A stretch of DNA of 64,000 nucleotides, from the NCBI GenBank assembly GCA_040285825.1, contig JAUPSS010000011.1:755658-819657 (forward strand), in the 5' to 3' direction. The DNA comes from Eukaryota sp. TZLM1-RC. Taxonomy: Eukaryota > Protista > Metamonada: BaSk clade. Position numbers and translations under genes: made by a program. The notes under the pieces are model-generated. The model searched no databases and had not been told where the DNA came from. It was given only the letters and a program-made list of their open reading frames with translations. This document shows positions 26,938 through 40,200 of the stretch, piece after piece (positions within the stretch are counted from its first letter, which is position 1; each line of letters starts with the position of its first letter).

Positions 26938-28378
26938 AAAATTCTGCAAAATTCAAGAAAAATTCATGGTGTGGTTGAACTGATATGAGGATATGAGTAT
27001 ATTTACCTGAATAACAAATTCTGAGAAAGAAGAATTTGAGATGTTTTTCTATGTTTAAATCTTAAGGAACAGCAAGTTCCTGTTCAAAATTTGCTTCAAA
27101 AGAGATGAAAGTTGATTTCAAATTTCATTAAAATTTCCTATATAACAACCTAAGAAACGAAATCCTGATTCATAATAGTTGATGAAAGGAACAATTAGAC
27201 CATCAATAATGAGTTCAGCAGGGTCTCTACCAAACAATAAACATATGGAAATGTTTAATGAAAGACCAATTTCATAATAGCACTGTTGAACAACTTTAGC
27301 AATTTTTCTCAATGATCATGGTAAGTGGAAACTTGTTAGTCACAGAATTTCTGTTTTCAGTGTTTAAAATCATCAATAAAAGAGTACCACTATTTCAACG
27401 ACTGTTCAACAAGATGAAAATTGCGGTGTTAAGGATGATTTGCCTGATTAACAACAACATGCAGATTTATAACTCATTCTCTTTGTTGGGTGGACACCCA
27501 ACGAATATATGATGAAATGCAGTGTTTAATGCTATAGTTTAAAGCACTTGCTATATGTTGTTGTTCCCATTGGTATTCATTCATTATTTTGAATTCAAAA
27601 CAGGAATTTCAGCTGAAAAATAAAAGATAGTGGTAAATAATTGAAAAGAAGGCTCAAACCTATTCCGTATTCCGAAAAATTGAACCCATAAATTATAATG
27701 ACTAAAAAATGGCGAATTTTCAAAACCCCGTCAAAATTTACCATTATTTTTCGCCTCTCATAATTTTAAATATCGGTAAAGACAAAGAAAGAGGTACAAT
27801 AAGAAGACCACTATTGATTTCAAAATCAACCATAAAGGTAGCACTATAGAGTGGTTGTTGAATGTGAGAAAGGGAAGTCACAAAATTTATTATTTATTGA
27901 TCAAACAAACGGACTACAAAAATTGGGGAATTTTTGAAACCTTGGCAAAATCCGCCATATTTGATGTGTCCTTTAAGAGAAAGGGGGTGTAGCTCAATTG
28001 GTAGAGCGCACGCTTAGCATGCGTGAGGTACGGGGATCGAAACCCTGCATCTCCACTTTTATGTACCTTAACTACTGTGAAAAAACATCGCCCAATTGAT
28101 GATATATTTAGTCTCTACAAACGTTTGTATTTCATTAAAAAAATATTTATTGAACATGCACACTTAATAAAATTAATTCATAACTAATGGGACGAAAATC
28201 ATTGAACCAAGATTTCCTCCACAAAATCTTGATCCGCTTGCTATCTAGCTAAAGCTTCTCTAATTCGACTAAAAAATCGAGGTAATCTATTAATAATGGC
28301 AAATTATATCCAAGAGCGTTATACAAAATATCAATTCTTTTCATTGTTTTTTTGAACCATTTTTTGGAAGTCATTCAA
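26937..28378 (+). repeat. Segmental duplication of 32140-35503 with ~1.9 kb deleted
   Basis: 26937-27314 matches 32140-32513 and 27317-28378 matches 34448-35503, including tRNA-Ala and the adjacent family B 3' end. Confidence 0.88.
27983..28055 (+). tRNA. tRNA-Ala(AGC)
   Basis: GGGGGTG/CATCTCC+A with G3:U70; CACGC-TT-AGC-AT-GCGTG; GATCGAAAC T-loop. Confidence 0.96.
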
Positions 28379-28405
28379 CTCGACTGTTTTAAATCAAGAT
28401 CTGTT

Positions 28406-30862
28406 TTTTTAATTATTAATTTTATTAAAAACCTATAAATCAACATCTAAATAATCCATCTCTCCCAAAACAAGAACACTAGATGCAACTCTCTCATAGT
28501 GAGATCCAAAAGAAAGCAAAGCATCAGAAACCATCTTCAACATCCCCTTAAAAATACAAAACACTATTCTATTTTGCCAAAACAATCTGTTGAAATTTCT
28601 GTTAGTTCTTCTCTTTACAATCATTTCAAAATCTTCCAAAAAACGTATAGCCGTTGGAGCAAGTGAACCAAAAAGAGAAAATACAAATGGATACAAATTG
28701 TATTTTGCATGCTGTTGACTGGCCAATTTAAACAAAGGTTCATTGTATATTTTGATTTTGAAATTTTCAGCATTTGAAAGAGGATTATGAATTTCAGAAT
28801 TAACAAGCCTTTCATTTGAGGCATTACAAGGATCAACAGACAATACATCCAATAAAATGAAGCTTCCATCTAATCCAGGTAATGTTACATCACCTCTATT
28901 ATTCTTATGAAAATCATCTTCAGTATCAAACGGATTTGACAACAGAGGTTCCAAGAAGGATTCAATTCTATGAGATTTACACATACAATATAACTGGTCT
29001 CTTACAGCATCATGAACCTTGCTTCTAAAAGTAATAAAATGTTTACAATTTAAAAAATGAGTAATTGTAACTTTTCGAGAACATTTACAAATTAAATTAT
29101 GAGGTAAATTATCAGGCCAGATAAAGGAACGAAATCTCATATTCAGAGTCCAAGCAGAATCGGATAAGAGAGTACCATAAACTTGTGGAATTGTTGTTAC
29201 TAAGGCAGAAGAAATACTATCACACATATCTTGTAAAAGATTTGCAAAAGCGGGATTCTTTTCCTTGGCCAAGCCAAGTCTAACATCAAAATCCAAGCTT
29301 TCAAAAATCTTTGACAATTTTTGTTGAAGCTTTTTACAGCAAAACTGTAAATTAAAAAGAGATCGGTTTGGAATTTCTTGAATTGATTGAGGAAAACATT
29401 TGGTCCAAATTTGTGGCGGTAATTTTTCAAGTTCACAAGATAACTCATACAAATAGGGACTACAATTGGGAACTAACAGATGAGAATCATCAGGAAATCT
29501 ACGAGAAAATTCATAAATAAAATTCTTGCATCCACCCAAAAATGCTGATCCACACAAAATGGAAGATTTAGTAAATCCAATACCACCCACATTTGCTGAA
29601 GAAAATAAGTGATTTTTCAACATTCCTGGTTCTACATCCAATAAATCAGCAAAAAATTCTGTTCTCAATGAATTAAAAGAACGACAAAAATCTAATGCTA
29701 TGGAAGGAGCACAAGATCTCAAAATGTGGGTTATTCTCCCAGTGTAGCAAATTTTAAGCATGAAAAATTTAATATGTCTTTCTAAATCTAAAGAAGGAAT
29801 TGATTCAAGTTCAATTTCCATTTTCTCCATAATAACTTGTAATTCATTCTCAATTTGAGGCACAATTCCTAACCAACAACCGAAAAACTTAAAAGCATTA
29901 CTACTATAATTAGTAAAAGGGACAAAAGAATCGTTTATCGCGAGGTCTTGAGCAGAAGAGCCAATCAGAATACATTTGCTGGCATTAAGATGAAGCCCAA
30001 TATTTTCATATGAATCAGCAATTTCTTGAGCAACCAATTCTAGTAAATTAAATGAACCAATCAAGGATATATCATCCATATAAGCAACTATTTTTATAGA
30101 AGGGTATTTTTGCTTAATGATATTTAAAGTTTTGTGAATAGCTAAACAAAACAATAATGGGCCTAAAGGATCTCCCTGCTTCACTCCAGAAGATGATTTA
30201 AGACCAAATGAATTATAAATTAAATCTGATTCTTTCCCATAAAAATGGTAGAAAAAACTCGATAGCTCAGGAAAATCAGATTTAATAACTTCAAAAATTG
30301 CTTCTCGCTTTACAGAATTAAAAGCATTTTTAAAGTCGAGATTAAAAATAAAATTATTTTCCTCTGCATTAAAAAAGGTATCAGAGGCAATAGCAGCAAC
30401 AGAAGCACCATCAATTGTTTTGATTCCAAATTGATAAGGATTCAAAAATGTAGAAGCTTTGTCTTTGACACGATCGAAGACAATTGATGCTAGCAAACGA
30501 GAAAGAGATTCACCAACAGCAATTGGGCGTATTCCTTCAGGTTTGATTCCGTTTCCAGGCTTTACTAAAGCAATCAGACGTGCTGCGAGTAATTCAAATG
30601 GAGGATTAATTTTCAAAACAATCAATTGTTGAAAATAGTGGGCTAGATCATCAGCAATTTCGGGAGCGCTGGAACACGCTATTTTTAACAGATCAAAAGA
30701 AATTCCAGATGGGCCTGCTGCTTTCCCCTTTGGCAATTTTTGAATAGCTTTAAGAACTTCAATTGCAGTAATAGGATTTTCAATCCAAAAAGGACACACT
30801 TCAGGCTTGCTGCACTTGAAATTTTCTTGAGGATGCAACTTTTGAAGTTTTTCAAGAAGAGC
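28406..30862 (-). mobile_element. 5'-truncated RLE retrotransposon (family C) with an uninterrupted 810-aa RT-RLE ORF (28433-30865)
   Basis: KAAGPSG, GIRPIAVGE, DFKNAFNS, GVKQGDPLGP, AYMDD, CKC..HFLNC, HDAVRD, RGDV, LDV motifs; AT-rich tail. Confidence 0.95.
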
Positions 30863-30865
30863 CAA

Positions 30866-32135
30866 TCACAATTATTGGGATGTAAAATGTTCCAAATTCC
30901 AGATCATGCTTATCTTAGTCCACATTATGGCGGTTTAGGTTGGACGAAGGCTTCTACTCTTACCTCGTTTGCTTTAATTGGTGGATGCAGAAATGCAATC
31001 TTTGAGTTTTCCGAAAGATTTGCAGATTGCGAAGATTTATTGATGGCAACGCAAAGTTCCACTGTTTTTGCATTAAATAAAGAAATTTCAAAAATTGATG
31101 TAGAAAAATGGAGTCGATGTTTTCCCCAATCATTAAATGGCAATATTCCAGAAAAGTATCTTTTAAATTTAAAATACACTCTTCGAACATTACAGAAACG
31201 ATTGACTGGAATGTATGAAAATGATCTTTATAATAATATATGCAGCTCGGCTGTTTTAAATCAAGATCTTCACTCATTGTTATTGGAAAAGGGTGTTTGT
31301 GAAAACAAGGCGTCAGATTCTTCACTTTTTGTAACCATTGTACCACGAAGATTTGGATTGTGTGCCACTAATGAAGCATTTGTAACAAAAATGAGATTAT
31401 ATTTGAACATCCCCATTAACCAATTATTATCAAAAGAAAAATGTATTTGTTCGAATTCACCTCAACTCACTTTGCTCCATGCTCTAAATTGCTCTAAATT
31501 GATAACTTATCGTTCTTCATTACATGATGCTGTATGAGACACTGTTTTCAATATGGCACAAACTGCAAGGATATCGTGTATCAAAGAGCCCCTGCTGAAG
31601 GAAACACTTTCTCTGAATAATTTTGGTTCTGATGATAGAGGTGATGTATACTGTGATTGGATTGATAATTCTGAAGCTATTGTTGACTTTGTCTCATGTA
31701 ATGTTGCAAACGATACTTTGGTTCACAGAAGAAAACTTAATCCTGTGGCTGCTCTGGATTTTAAAGCCAAAAAAAAACATAGAAAATATGATAAAGAAAT
31801 TGAAGATGCAAATGTCGATAGAAATACACAGCTGGATTTTATTGCTTTCCCATTTTCGATAAATGGAAGATTATCAGTTGAAGCAGAAACTTTTTTGGAT
31901 GACTTCCAAAAAATGGTTCAAGAAAAAAAAATGAAAAGATTTGATATTCTTTTATGGCGTTCTCGAATTCAATTTGCCATTATAAATAGATTACCTTGGT
32001 TTTTCAATCGAATAAGAGGAGCTTTAGCTAGACAGCAAGCAGATCAAGATTTGGTAGAGGAAATCTTGGTTCAATGATATTCATCCCATTAGTTATGAAT
32101 TAATTTAATTAAGTGTGCACGTTCAATAAATATTA
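30866..32135 (+). mobile_element. 5'-truncated family B RLE retrotransposon
   Basis: ORFs 30740-31537 and 31553-32077 match the 18-20 kb copies; AATAAA at ~32125. Confidence 0.92.
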
Positions 32136-32139
32136 TTTT

Positions 32140-32840
32140 AAAAAATTCTGCAAAATTCAAGAGAAATTGATGGTGATGTTGAACGCAGGATATGAGTAAA
32201 TTTACCTGAATAACAAATTCTGAGAAAGAAGAATTTGAGATGTTTTTCTATGTTTAAATCTTAAGGAACAGCAAGTTCCTGTTCAAAATATGCTGAAAGA
32301 GATGAAAATTGATTTCGAATTTCATCAAAATTTCCTATATAACAACCTAAAAAACGAAATCCTGATTCATAATAGTTGATGAAAGGAACAATTAGATCAT
32401 CAACAATGAGTTCAGCAGGTTCTTTACCAATTAATAAACATTTGGAAATGTTTAATGAAAGACCAGTTTCATAAAAGCACTGTTGAACAACTTTAGCAAT
32501 TTTTCTCAATGAATCAATCGGACCAATTATTGAAATGTCATCCATATAAGCTGTTATTTCAATTTCTGGATATTTTTGTTTTAATTCACACATCAAAGGA
32601 TGAATAGCAAGGCAGAAAAAGCAAGGACCCAATGGATCACCTTGTGTAACACCAGATGATGATAAAAGATTAAAGTCCTCATAAACAAGTGTTGATTGAG
32701 AACCGTAGAAATGGTGAAAAAAGATTCAGCTTCTGGAAAATGATTTTGGAGCAAAGGCAATATTGATGACCTCTTAACGGCATTAAAGGCGTTTTTGAAA
32801 TCTAAATAAAAAATATAATTTGAATTATTGGAATTAAAAA
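32140..32840 (-). mobile_element. RT-core fragment of another RLE family (D)
   Basis: DFKNAFNA, GVTQGDPLGP, AYMDD, FRFLG, RICYSGKFTHILRS. Confidence 0.85.
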
Positions 32841-33039
32841 AAACGTTGATTGTTGATTAGAAAATTGTTCTCTGATTAATAAAACGTTTTTTGTATTTAA
32901 AATGGAGTTGATGATATGGCCAAACAATCAATGGCAATACAGCTGGAAAAGATTATTAGAACTTAAAATACACAGTTCAAACTATTTAAAAACAATGACC
33001 AAAACGTGTGAGGATCATCTATTGATTATCATCTATTTG

Positions 33040-33850
33040 CCGCTGGGCTGTTTTAGATCAAGATCTTCATTCATTGATATTAGAAAAACAGGTGTATGAG
33101 AGAATAAGTTATCAGAATAATGACTATTTGCACCGTTGTGTTACAATGGTTTGGCTTTATGCTATGGATGATGCTTTTGTAACAAAAATGAGATCATTTT
33201 TGAATATTCCAATTGTTCACCCAGAAATCTTTCATTTATTCCACCGAGAAACTAAACAACAAACTTAATATTCTAAAATTTGTATCCCAAATCAGCCTAA
33301 AAGAATTGACTGGAAGTTTTTCCGTCACCTTCTATTTAAAAAAACAAGTATTTGTTCATCACAGGTCACCTTACCTTACGTCATGCGCTTATGTGTCCAA
33401 AATTGATCACTTATCGTTCTTCATTACATGATGCTGTCAGGTACACGAACTGCAAGATTTTCATGTGTCAAAGAGGCCTTTGAGAAATACTGTCTTTAAT
33501 GTAAAGTAGTTTGATTCTGATGAAAGAGGTGATATTCAGTGCCATTGGATTGATAAGTCTGAAGCCATTGTTGATATTGTCTCTTATAATGTTGCAAATG
33601 ACACTTTGGTTAAAAAAAGGAGACTTAATCCTGAAAAAGTTGTTGAAATCAAATAGTTGAATGAGAAATATGGAAAACATGTCAAGGAGATCAAAGAAGC
33701 TAATATTGATTTCGACAAAGAACGTGTTTTTATAGCTTCTAAATTTTCTATAAATGGAACATTATCCGTAAAAGCACGAAATTTTTTGAATGATTTCCAA
33801 AAATTGGTTCAAGAAAAATTAATGAGAAGAGTTTATGTTTTTTTGGCCAT
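33040..33850 (+). mobile_element. Degenerate family B-like 3' fragment
   Basis: AFVTKMR, YRSSLHDAV, FSING..ARNFLNDFQK similarity, with stops. Confidence 0.7.
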
Positions 33851-34023
33851 CACAATTTTTTTCTGGATAATTTTTTTGAGCACATTTCCTAACCAGTAAT
33901 ATCAGGAATTTTGAACCAACACTACTATGATTAGTGAAAAGACAGCAGAATCAACAATCACAATGTCCTGAGCAAAAAAACAATAACTCTACAACTATGT
34001 TTGACTTGAACTGATGGCAAAAA

Positions 34024-34094
34024 TGCGTCCGCCGGGAATCGAACCCGGGTCACAACGATGGCAACGTCGTATTCTACCACTAAACCACGAACGC
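34024..34094 (-). tRNA. tRNA-Gly(GCC)
   Basis: Reverse complement GCGTTCG...TT-GCC-AT...GGTTCGATTCC..CGGACGCA, followed by T5. Confidence 0.95.
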
Positions 34095-35119
34095 CATTAA
34101 ATATGACTCGCACGATGTATTTCCCAATTGTTTTGAACATAATATTTTGTGGACCATGCTGATTGTAAATACAGCGGTGTTGAAGGGCTAAAATTTGAAA
34201 GAACATTTCCCCGCTTGTTCAGTGGTTAAAGTTTGACATCGGCCAACTCTTTGTAATGTTGTCAACCCTTGAACTGAATATCAAAAAAATATTTAAAGTT
34301 CAATGAGTATTGTTCCTTGAGTTATTTAAATTGCATTACTGAAGCAGAAAATCAAACTCTGTTAATGTTGGAACAGTAATGTCGTTGTTGTTGGTGGATA
34401 CTGATCTCCCGATTCTTCACGCAAAAATTTAATTCCGTAATGGGAAACATGGTAAGTGGAAACTTGTTAGTCACAGAATTTCTGTTTTCAGTGTTTAAAA
34501 TCATCAATAAAAGAGTACCACTATTTCAACGACTGTTCAACAAGATGAAAATTGCGGTGTTGAGGAAGATTTGCCTGAATAACAATAACATGCAGATTTA
34601 TAACTCATTCTATTTGTTGGGTGGACACCCAACGAATATATGATGAAATGTAGTGTTTAATGCTATAGTTTAAAGCACTTGCTATTTGTTGTTGTTCCCA
34701 TTGGTATTCATTCCTTTTTTTGAATTCAAAACAGGAAGTTTAGCTGAAAAATAAAAGATAGTGGTAAATAATTGAAAAGAAGGTTCAAACCTATTCCGTA
34801 TTCCGAAAAATTGAACCCATAAATTATAGTGACTAAAAAATGGCCAATTTTCAAAACCCCTTCAGAATTCACCATTATTTTTCGCCATTCATAATTTCAA
34901 ATATCGGTAAAGATAAAGAAAGAAGTACAATAAAAAGACCACTATTGATTTAAAAATCAACCATAACAGTAGCACTATAGAGTGGCTGTTGAATGTGGGA
35001 AAAGGAAGTCACAAAATTTGTTATTCATTGGTCAAACAAACGGACTACAAAAATTGGAAAATTTTTGAAACCTTGGCAAAATCCGCCATATTTGATGTGT
35101 CCATTTTCCATGTTCTCAA

Positions 35120-35192
35120 GGGGGTGTAGCTCAATTGGTAGAGCGCACGCTTAGCATGCGTGAGGTACGGGGATCGAAACCCTGCATCTCCA
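35120..35192 (+). tRNA. tRNA-Ala(AGC), duplicate
   Basis: Identical to 27983-28055. Confidence 0.96.
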
Positions 35193-35282
35193 CTTTTATG
35201 TACCTTAACTACTGTGAAAAAAAATCGCCCAATTGATGTTATATTTAGTCTGTACAAACATTTGTTTTTCATTCAAAAGATA

Positions 35283-37317
35283 TTTATTGAACATGCACAC
35301 TTAATAAAATTAATTCATAACTAATGGGAGGAAAATCATTGAACCAAGATTTCCTCTACAAAATCTTGATCTGCTTGCTGTCTAGCAAAAGCTTCTCTAA
35401 TTCGACTGAAAAACCGAGGTAATCTATTAAAAAATGCAAATTGAATTCGAAAACTCCATAAACAGTCATCAAATCTTCTTGAACCACTTTTTGGAAATCA
35501 TTCAAAAAAGTTCCTGCTTTATCTTTGATAAAGTTTCCGTTTATCGAAAATGGGAAAGTAATAAAAACTAGTGGTGTATTTCTATCAGCATTAGCTTCTT
35601 CGATATATTTATCATATTTTCTATGTTTTTCTTTGGGCCTAAAATCAAAAGCATCTACAGGATTAAGTTTTCTTCTGTGAACCAAAGTATCGTTTGCAAC
35701 ATTACATGAGACAAAGTCAACAACAGCTTCAGAGTTATCAATCCAATCACAGTTTACATCACCTCTATCATCAGAACCAAAATTATTCAGAGAAAGTGTT
35801 TCCTTCAGCAGAGGTTCTTTGATACACGATATTCTCGCAGTTTGTGCCATATTGAAAACAGTGTCTCTAACAGCATCATGTAATGAAGAACGATAAGTTA
35901 TTAATTTCGAACAATTCAGAGCATGGTGCACAGTGAGTTGAGGTGAATTCGAACAAATACATTTTTATTTTGATAATAATTGATTAATGGGTATATTTGG
36001 GGATGATTCAAATATAATCTCATTTTTGTTACAAACGCTTCATTAGTAGCACACAGTCCAAATCTTCGTGGTACAATGGTTACAAACAGTGAAGAATCTG
36101 ATGACTGGTTTTCACAAACACCCTCTTCCAATAACAATGAGTGAAGATCTTGATTTTAAACAGCCGAGCTGCATATATAATTATAAAGATCATTTTCATA
36201 CATTCCAGTCAATCGTTTCTGTAATGTTCGAAGAGTGTATTTTAAATTTAAAAGATTCTTTTCTGGAATATTGCCATTGAATGATTGGGGAAAACATCGA
36301 CTCCATTTTTCCACATCAATTTTTGAAATTTCTTCATTTAATGCAAAAACAGTGGAACTTTGCGTTGTCATCAATAAATCTTCCCAATCTGCAAATCTTT
36401 CGGAAAACTCAAAAATTGCATTTCTACATCCACCAATTAAAGCACATGAAGTAAGAATAGAAGCCTTTGTCCAACCTAAACCGCCATAATGTGGAGTAAG
36501 GTAAGCATGATCTGGAATTTGGAACATTTTACATCCCAGTAATTGTGACAAAACTTTTGCACGTAACTCATTAAACTTTTGAGCCAAAGGTCTAGTGACG
36601 AGAGGATTTGTAGATCCAAATATATGATTGAAATTGGAACTAAAACACAGTCTTATAATGGTAAATTTGATATGTCTCTGTATATCTAAAGTCATCATTC
36701 GGTCAATTTTTTCGCAAATTGAGTTTAACTTTTCAAACAATTCTTTGGTAATTTCATCATTATTTTCTAAAAACGAACCCAAATGACGAATAGCATCAAT
36801 TGAATATAATTTGACTTGAATTTCAATACCATCAACTATTGTAGAAACTGGAGAATTCGATAACAAAACACATTTCAGTAAATTCAGTCGGAGGCCAATT
36901 TTGGTAAATAATTCTTTAAAACATACAGTTGCTTTTTTCACAATATTTACATCACTTATAAGCACAACATCATCCATATATGCAATGATTTTTAGTGAAG
37001 GAAACATCTCTTGAATTTGCAGTAAAATAGGATGAATGGCCAAACAAAAGAAAAGAGGTCCTAAAGGATCTCCTTGCTTTACACCACTTGATGAACTCAA
37101 AATGAAATTACCAAAATGCAAATTAGAACTGGTGCTATATGTTGATTGAAAATACGGTATTAATTCCGGCATATATTGCAATAGAGCACCATGGATACTG
37201 CGACGACTTAGTGAATTGAATGCATTACTAAAATCCAATGACATGTAAACATTGAATTCATTTTGACGAAATAAGACATCTGTAGCAAATATTGCTGAAG
37301 AAACTCCATCAGTTATC
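35283..37317 (-). mobile_element. 5'-truncated family B RLE retrotransposon including RT core
   Basis: DFSNAFNS, GVKQGDPLGP, AYMDD, RHLGS, then Zn finger/RLE. Confidence 0.92.
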
Positions 37318-37655
37318 CTTGAATGCAGAATCGCATACTCATTATGTCCTTTGTCCTTTTGCAGTTTCCCTTTATGGAACGCTTGGACCTCTTGCTTTGT
37401 CTTTTCTGGATGATTGTGTTGAAATTGTGAAACATCGCACTGGAAGAGTTTTTGATAAGAGTTTTTGGCAAAACAGAATTGTATTTTCAATTTTCAAAGG
37501 TGTTGTTCCCTTATTATCTTCAGCTTTGTTATCTTTTGGATGCTTTTATGGAAGAGTAACTTCCAGTCAATTCTTCTTGGCTGATTTGGGTTATGAAGAT
37601 ATAGAATTTTAACCTTGTCGTACAGTTTGTTTTTCAATTGAAATAAATAAAAATA
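37318..37655 (+). mobile_element. 3' end of another RLE family (E)
   Basis: CPFAVSLYG..ALSFLDD..FWQNRIVFSIFKG; AATAAA-rich tail. Confidence 0.8.
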
Positions 37656-37667
37656 TATGTCAAAAAA

Positions 37668-39897
37668 AATTGATCGAAGAAATTGGAAATTTGAGAAAAT
37701 AATGTTTAAAATGATGTTCAGGGTTTTGAAAAATTTATATTTAAAAACAATTAATCCGGTCAATAAAAAAGCTCAACTTACAGCATGAAACACAAACTCC
37801 AGCGAACCGTTCAATCCTAATCATTTTGGACTTTATGTTCACATTTCATGCAAAGTTAGTCAGTTACTTCTTTGTTTAAATTACCGATTTCAAAACCAAG
37901 ACAACAGCGGTATATTCTATGATTGAAACCAGATTGGAGATATCTGATGAAGAATTTGTGATTGGTAATTGTTTTTATTCAATAAATACTAATTAGTTAT
38001 TAGTACAAATTAAAATGGTCAGTAATCTAACAGTGAAAACCCTTGATTGAAATCGGATGTGTTCTCAAATCAGTAGTTCATATATCCATTCTACCCATGG
38101 TGCTCTTTTTCTCCCTTGGCTTTAACAAACATCTCTTCAAGACCTGATGACACATTTTTCTTAAAACTACTTACCATTTGACACTGGCACGTTTGGTTTT
38201 CAAACACTACTGTCTTCTGTCATTACCAGCAGCTTACACATGACTATCAGATACTGAATCTCTACGTTTCGTTCTGTTAAAACCTTATTAATGATCAAAG
38301 AGTTAACTTAGGAACGTTTGGAATTCAAAAACTACTGTTTTCCCTGTTGTCATCAATTTAGACATATATTATCATGTACTGTATTAACTTTGACTGCTAC
38401 AGTGCTCAAACCACCCTTCATCATTCATACAATCCTTTACATTACTCTACGTTACATGCTTTCCATTACTCACTACATTGTTTTTCTTTCCTGCTCTCTT
38501 GATGGCCTTGCTCTCTCACTTCTCTGCACTGACCACTAATCCCACTTGTTTCCACCTAGATTTTCTTCTAGTGGATCGATTCAATGTTTCACCACCTGAG
38601 TCGCATTCCTATCACTTTGACTTGTTTGTCTAGCAGCTTCTCTCCTTTCGCACTCCTCTCGCACTCACTTTCTTTATTTCCTTGCTTATCAAATCTTTTT
38701 TATTTTTCGCCTTCACTGGGAATCGAACGCTCGACTGTTGGTTTTTCACACTCGGGATTTGAACCCCTACAAGACACCATTTGTTTTGTTCATTTGCTTT
38801 ATTGGTATTTTGACTCGAGTTTTGATTTACTTTTAATTCGAATCATATTGTTTATAAGTATCACTTGAGTACCACTATGAAATCATTTAGTCCCAAGTAC
38901 TTTTCCGTTACTGAATTTTTTTTATTTTTTATTTTGTTTCTAGTATTATTTAACTGAGATTTGTTATTTATTTTATAATTGGTCATGATTACATATAGTG
39001 AAAGTATTATTGTTAAGACTACCACAAATATCTACTTTAATTTGGAAAAAAAGAGCATTACCATTCTAGTTGTTTAACATTTTGTTTTAAAATAGTTTTG
39101 TTGCCTAAGATTTGCCTATTCAGATAGTATTTCTGTCGTCTTTGTTTTGTATATTTATTTTAATCTGAATGAGGTCTTTTTTGGTAAATAAGTATATGTA
39201 TTGGTTTCAGATTTTTTGATTTTTCCCAATTAATTGTGTTTTGTTACCAACCCAGGCCTGTTAATTTTAAGTTCCTTGTCATCTTTCTATTGTTATGAGT
39301 TTACGTATTTTTTTATTTCTATTACTGATCATTGCTTTAGTTTATGTTAATTTTACATATTTGCAGAAGTTTTATCGGGGTCTCTACCAAATATTGGGAG
39401 TAATTCTCATTATTTAGGGTCCATCATAAATACAAAAACGACGGAGTAATCACCAATCATTTAGTTTTTAACTGTTTGAACTTGATTACGGTCAAGAAAG
39501 ATCTGATTACGTGTATCTGTATAGTCTACATGCTTTTGGATCTATGTAAGTTTCTAAATCAAAGCCAAGTGATTTGTAAGGTCTCCTTTTTTTTGAATTC
39601 TTTATTTTTCTATTATTTTATTTATTATTTTTATTTTTTAAGTTTTCTATTCTAGCAACTAGGTCCATTAATGGTGTGGATTGATACTCTACTTGTAATT
39701 TAAGCATTATTCCATAATCTCATTTTTCAGTGATCTTCAATTGAGTCGACGAGTGTGCTTGATATCGGTGTATCTCCATACATTCAACAGTGATATTTTG
39801 AAAAGTAATCGGGATGTCTACTTTTCTGCCTCAGAATCATGACACTAAGGATATGGAGTGTTTGATGTTATGTACTCATCCTGAAGTTGGTGAGGAA
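37668..39897 (+). repeat. ~2.2-kb inverted repeat, left arm
   Basis: Reverse complement of 54716-56936, with the same short ORFs (MEFKNYCF.., MFHHLSRIP..) on opposite strands. Confidence 0.92.
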
Positions 39898-39899
39898 AG

Positions 39900-40200
39900 G
39901 AGACAGACCACAAAAGGTCGCGTAAAAAATACAGTAATTTGCTGTTGATGCAATAACGAATGAATAATATCTTCGTTTGCAGGGGCAAACCATGAAGATG
40001 ATCGAACAAAGGTAGAACTTTTGTTTTAACATAATCGTTTAAAAGAGGTTCTTGTCCAGTAGTACTACCGATAAAAGAACCAATTGTTTTAAAGCCATTA
40101 TCAGGAAAAACAGGAAAGTCTTGACCACATCGAAAAAATTTGGTCTTTTCTTTGTCCAAAGTGAGATTAATCTTTGAAAACTCAACTGAAAGCTTATAAG
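39900..40200 (-). mobile_element. RT C-terminal/thumb fragment (family G)
   Basis: KTIGSFIG..VKTKVLPLFDHLHGLPLQTK..RYCINSKL; matches 48355-48555 inverted. Confidence 0.75.

Noticed and set aside
18441-36489. Short alternative-frame and antisense ORFs (MVLMIEV.., MVQWLQ.., MYFKFK..)
   Set aside because: Shadows of the retrotransposon ORFs, repeated only because the elements are repeated.
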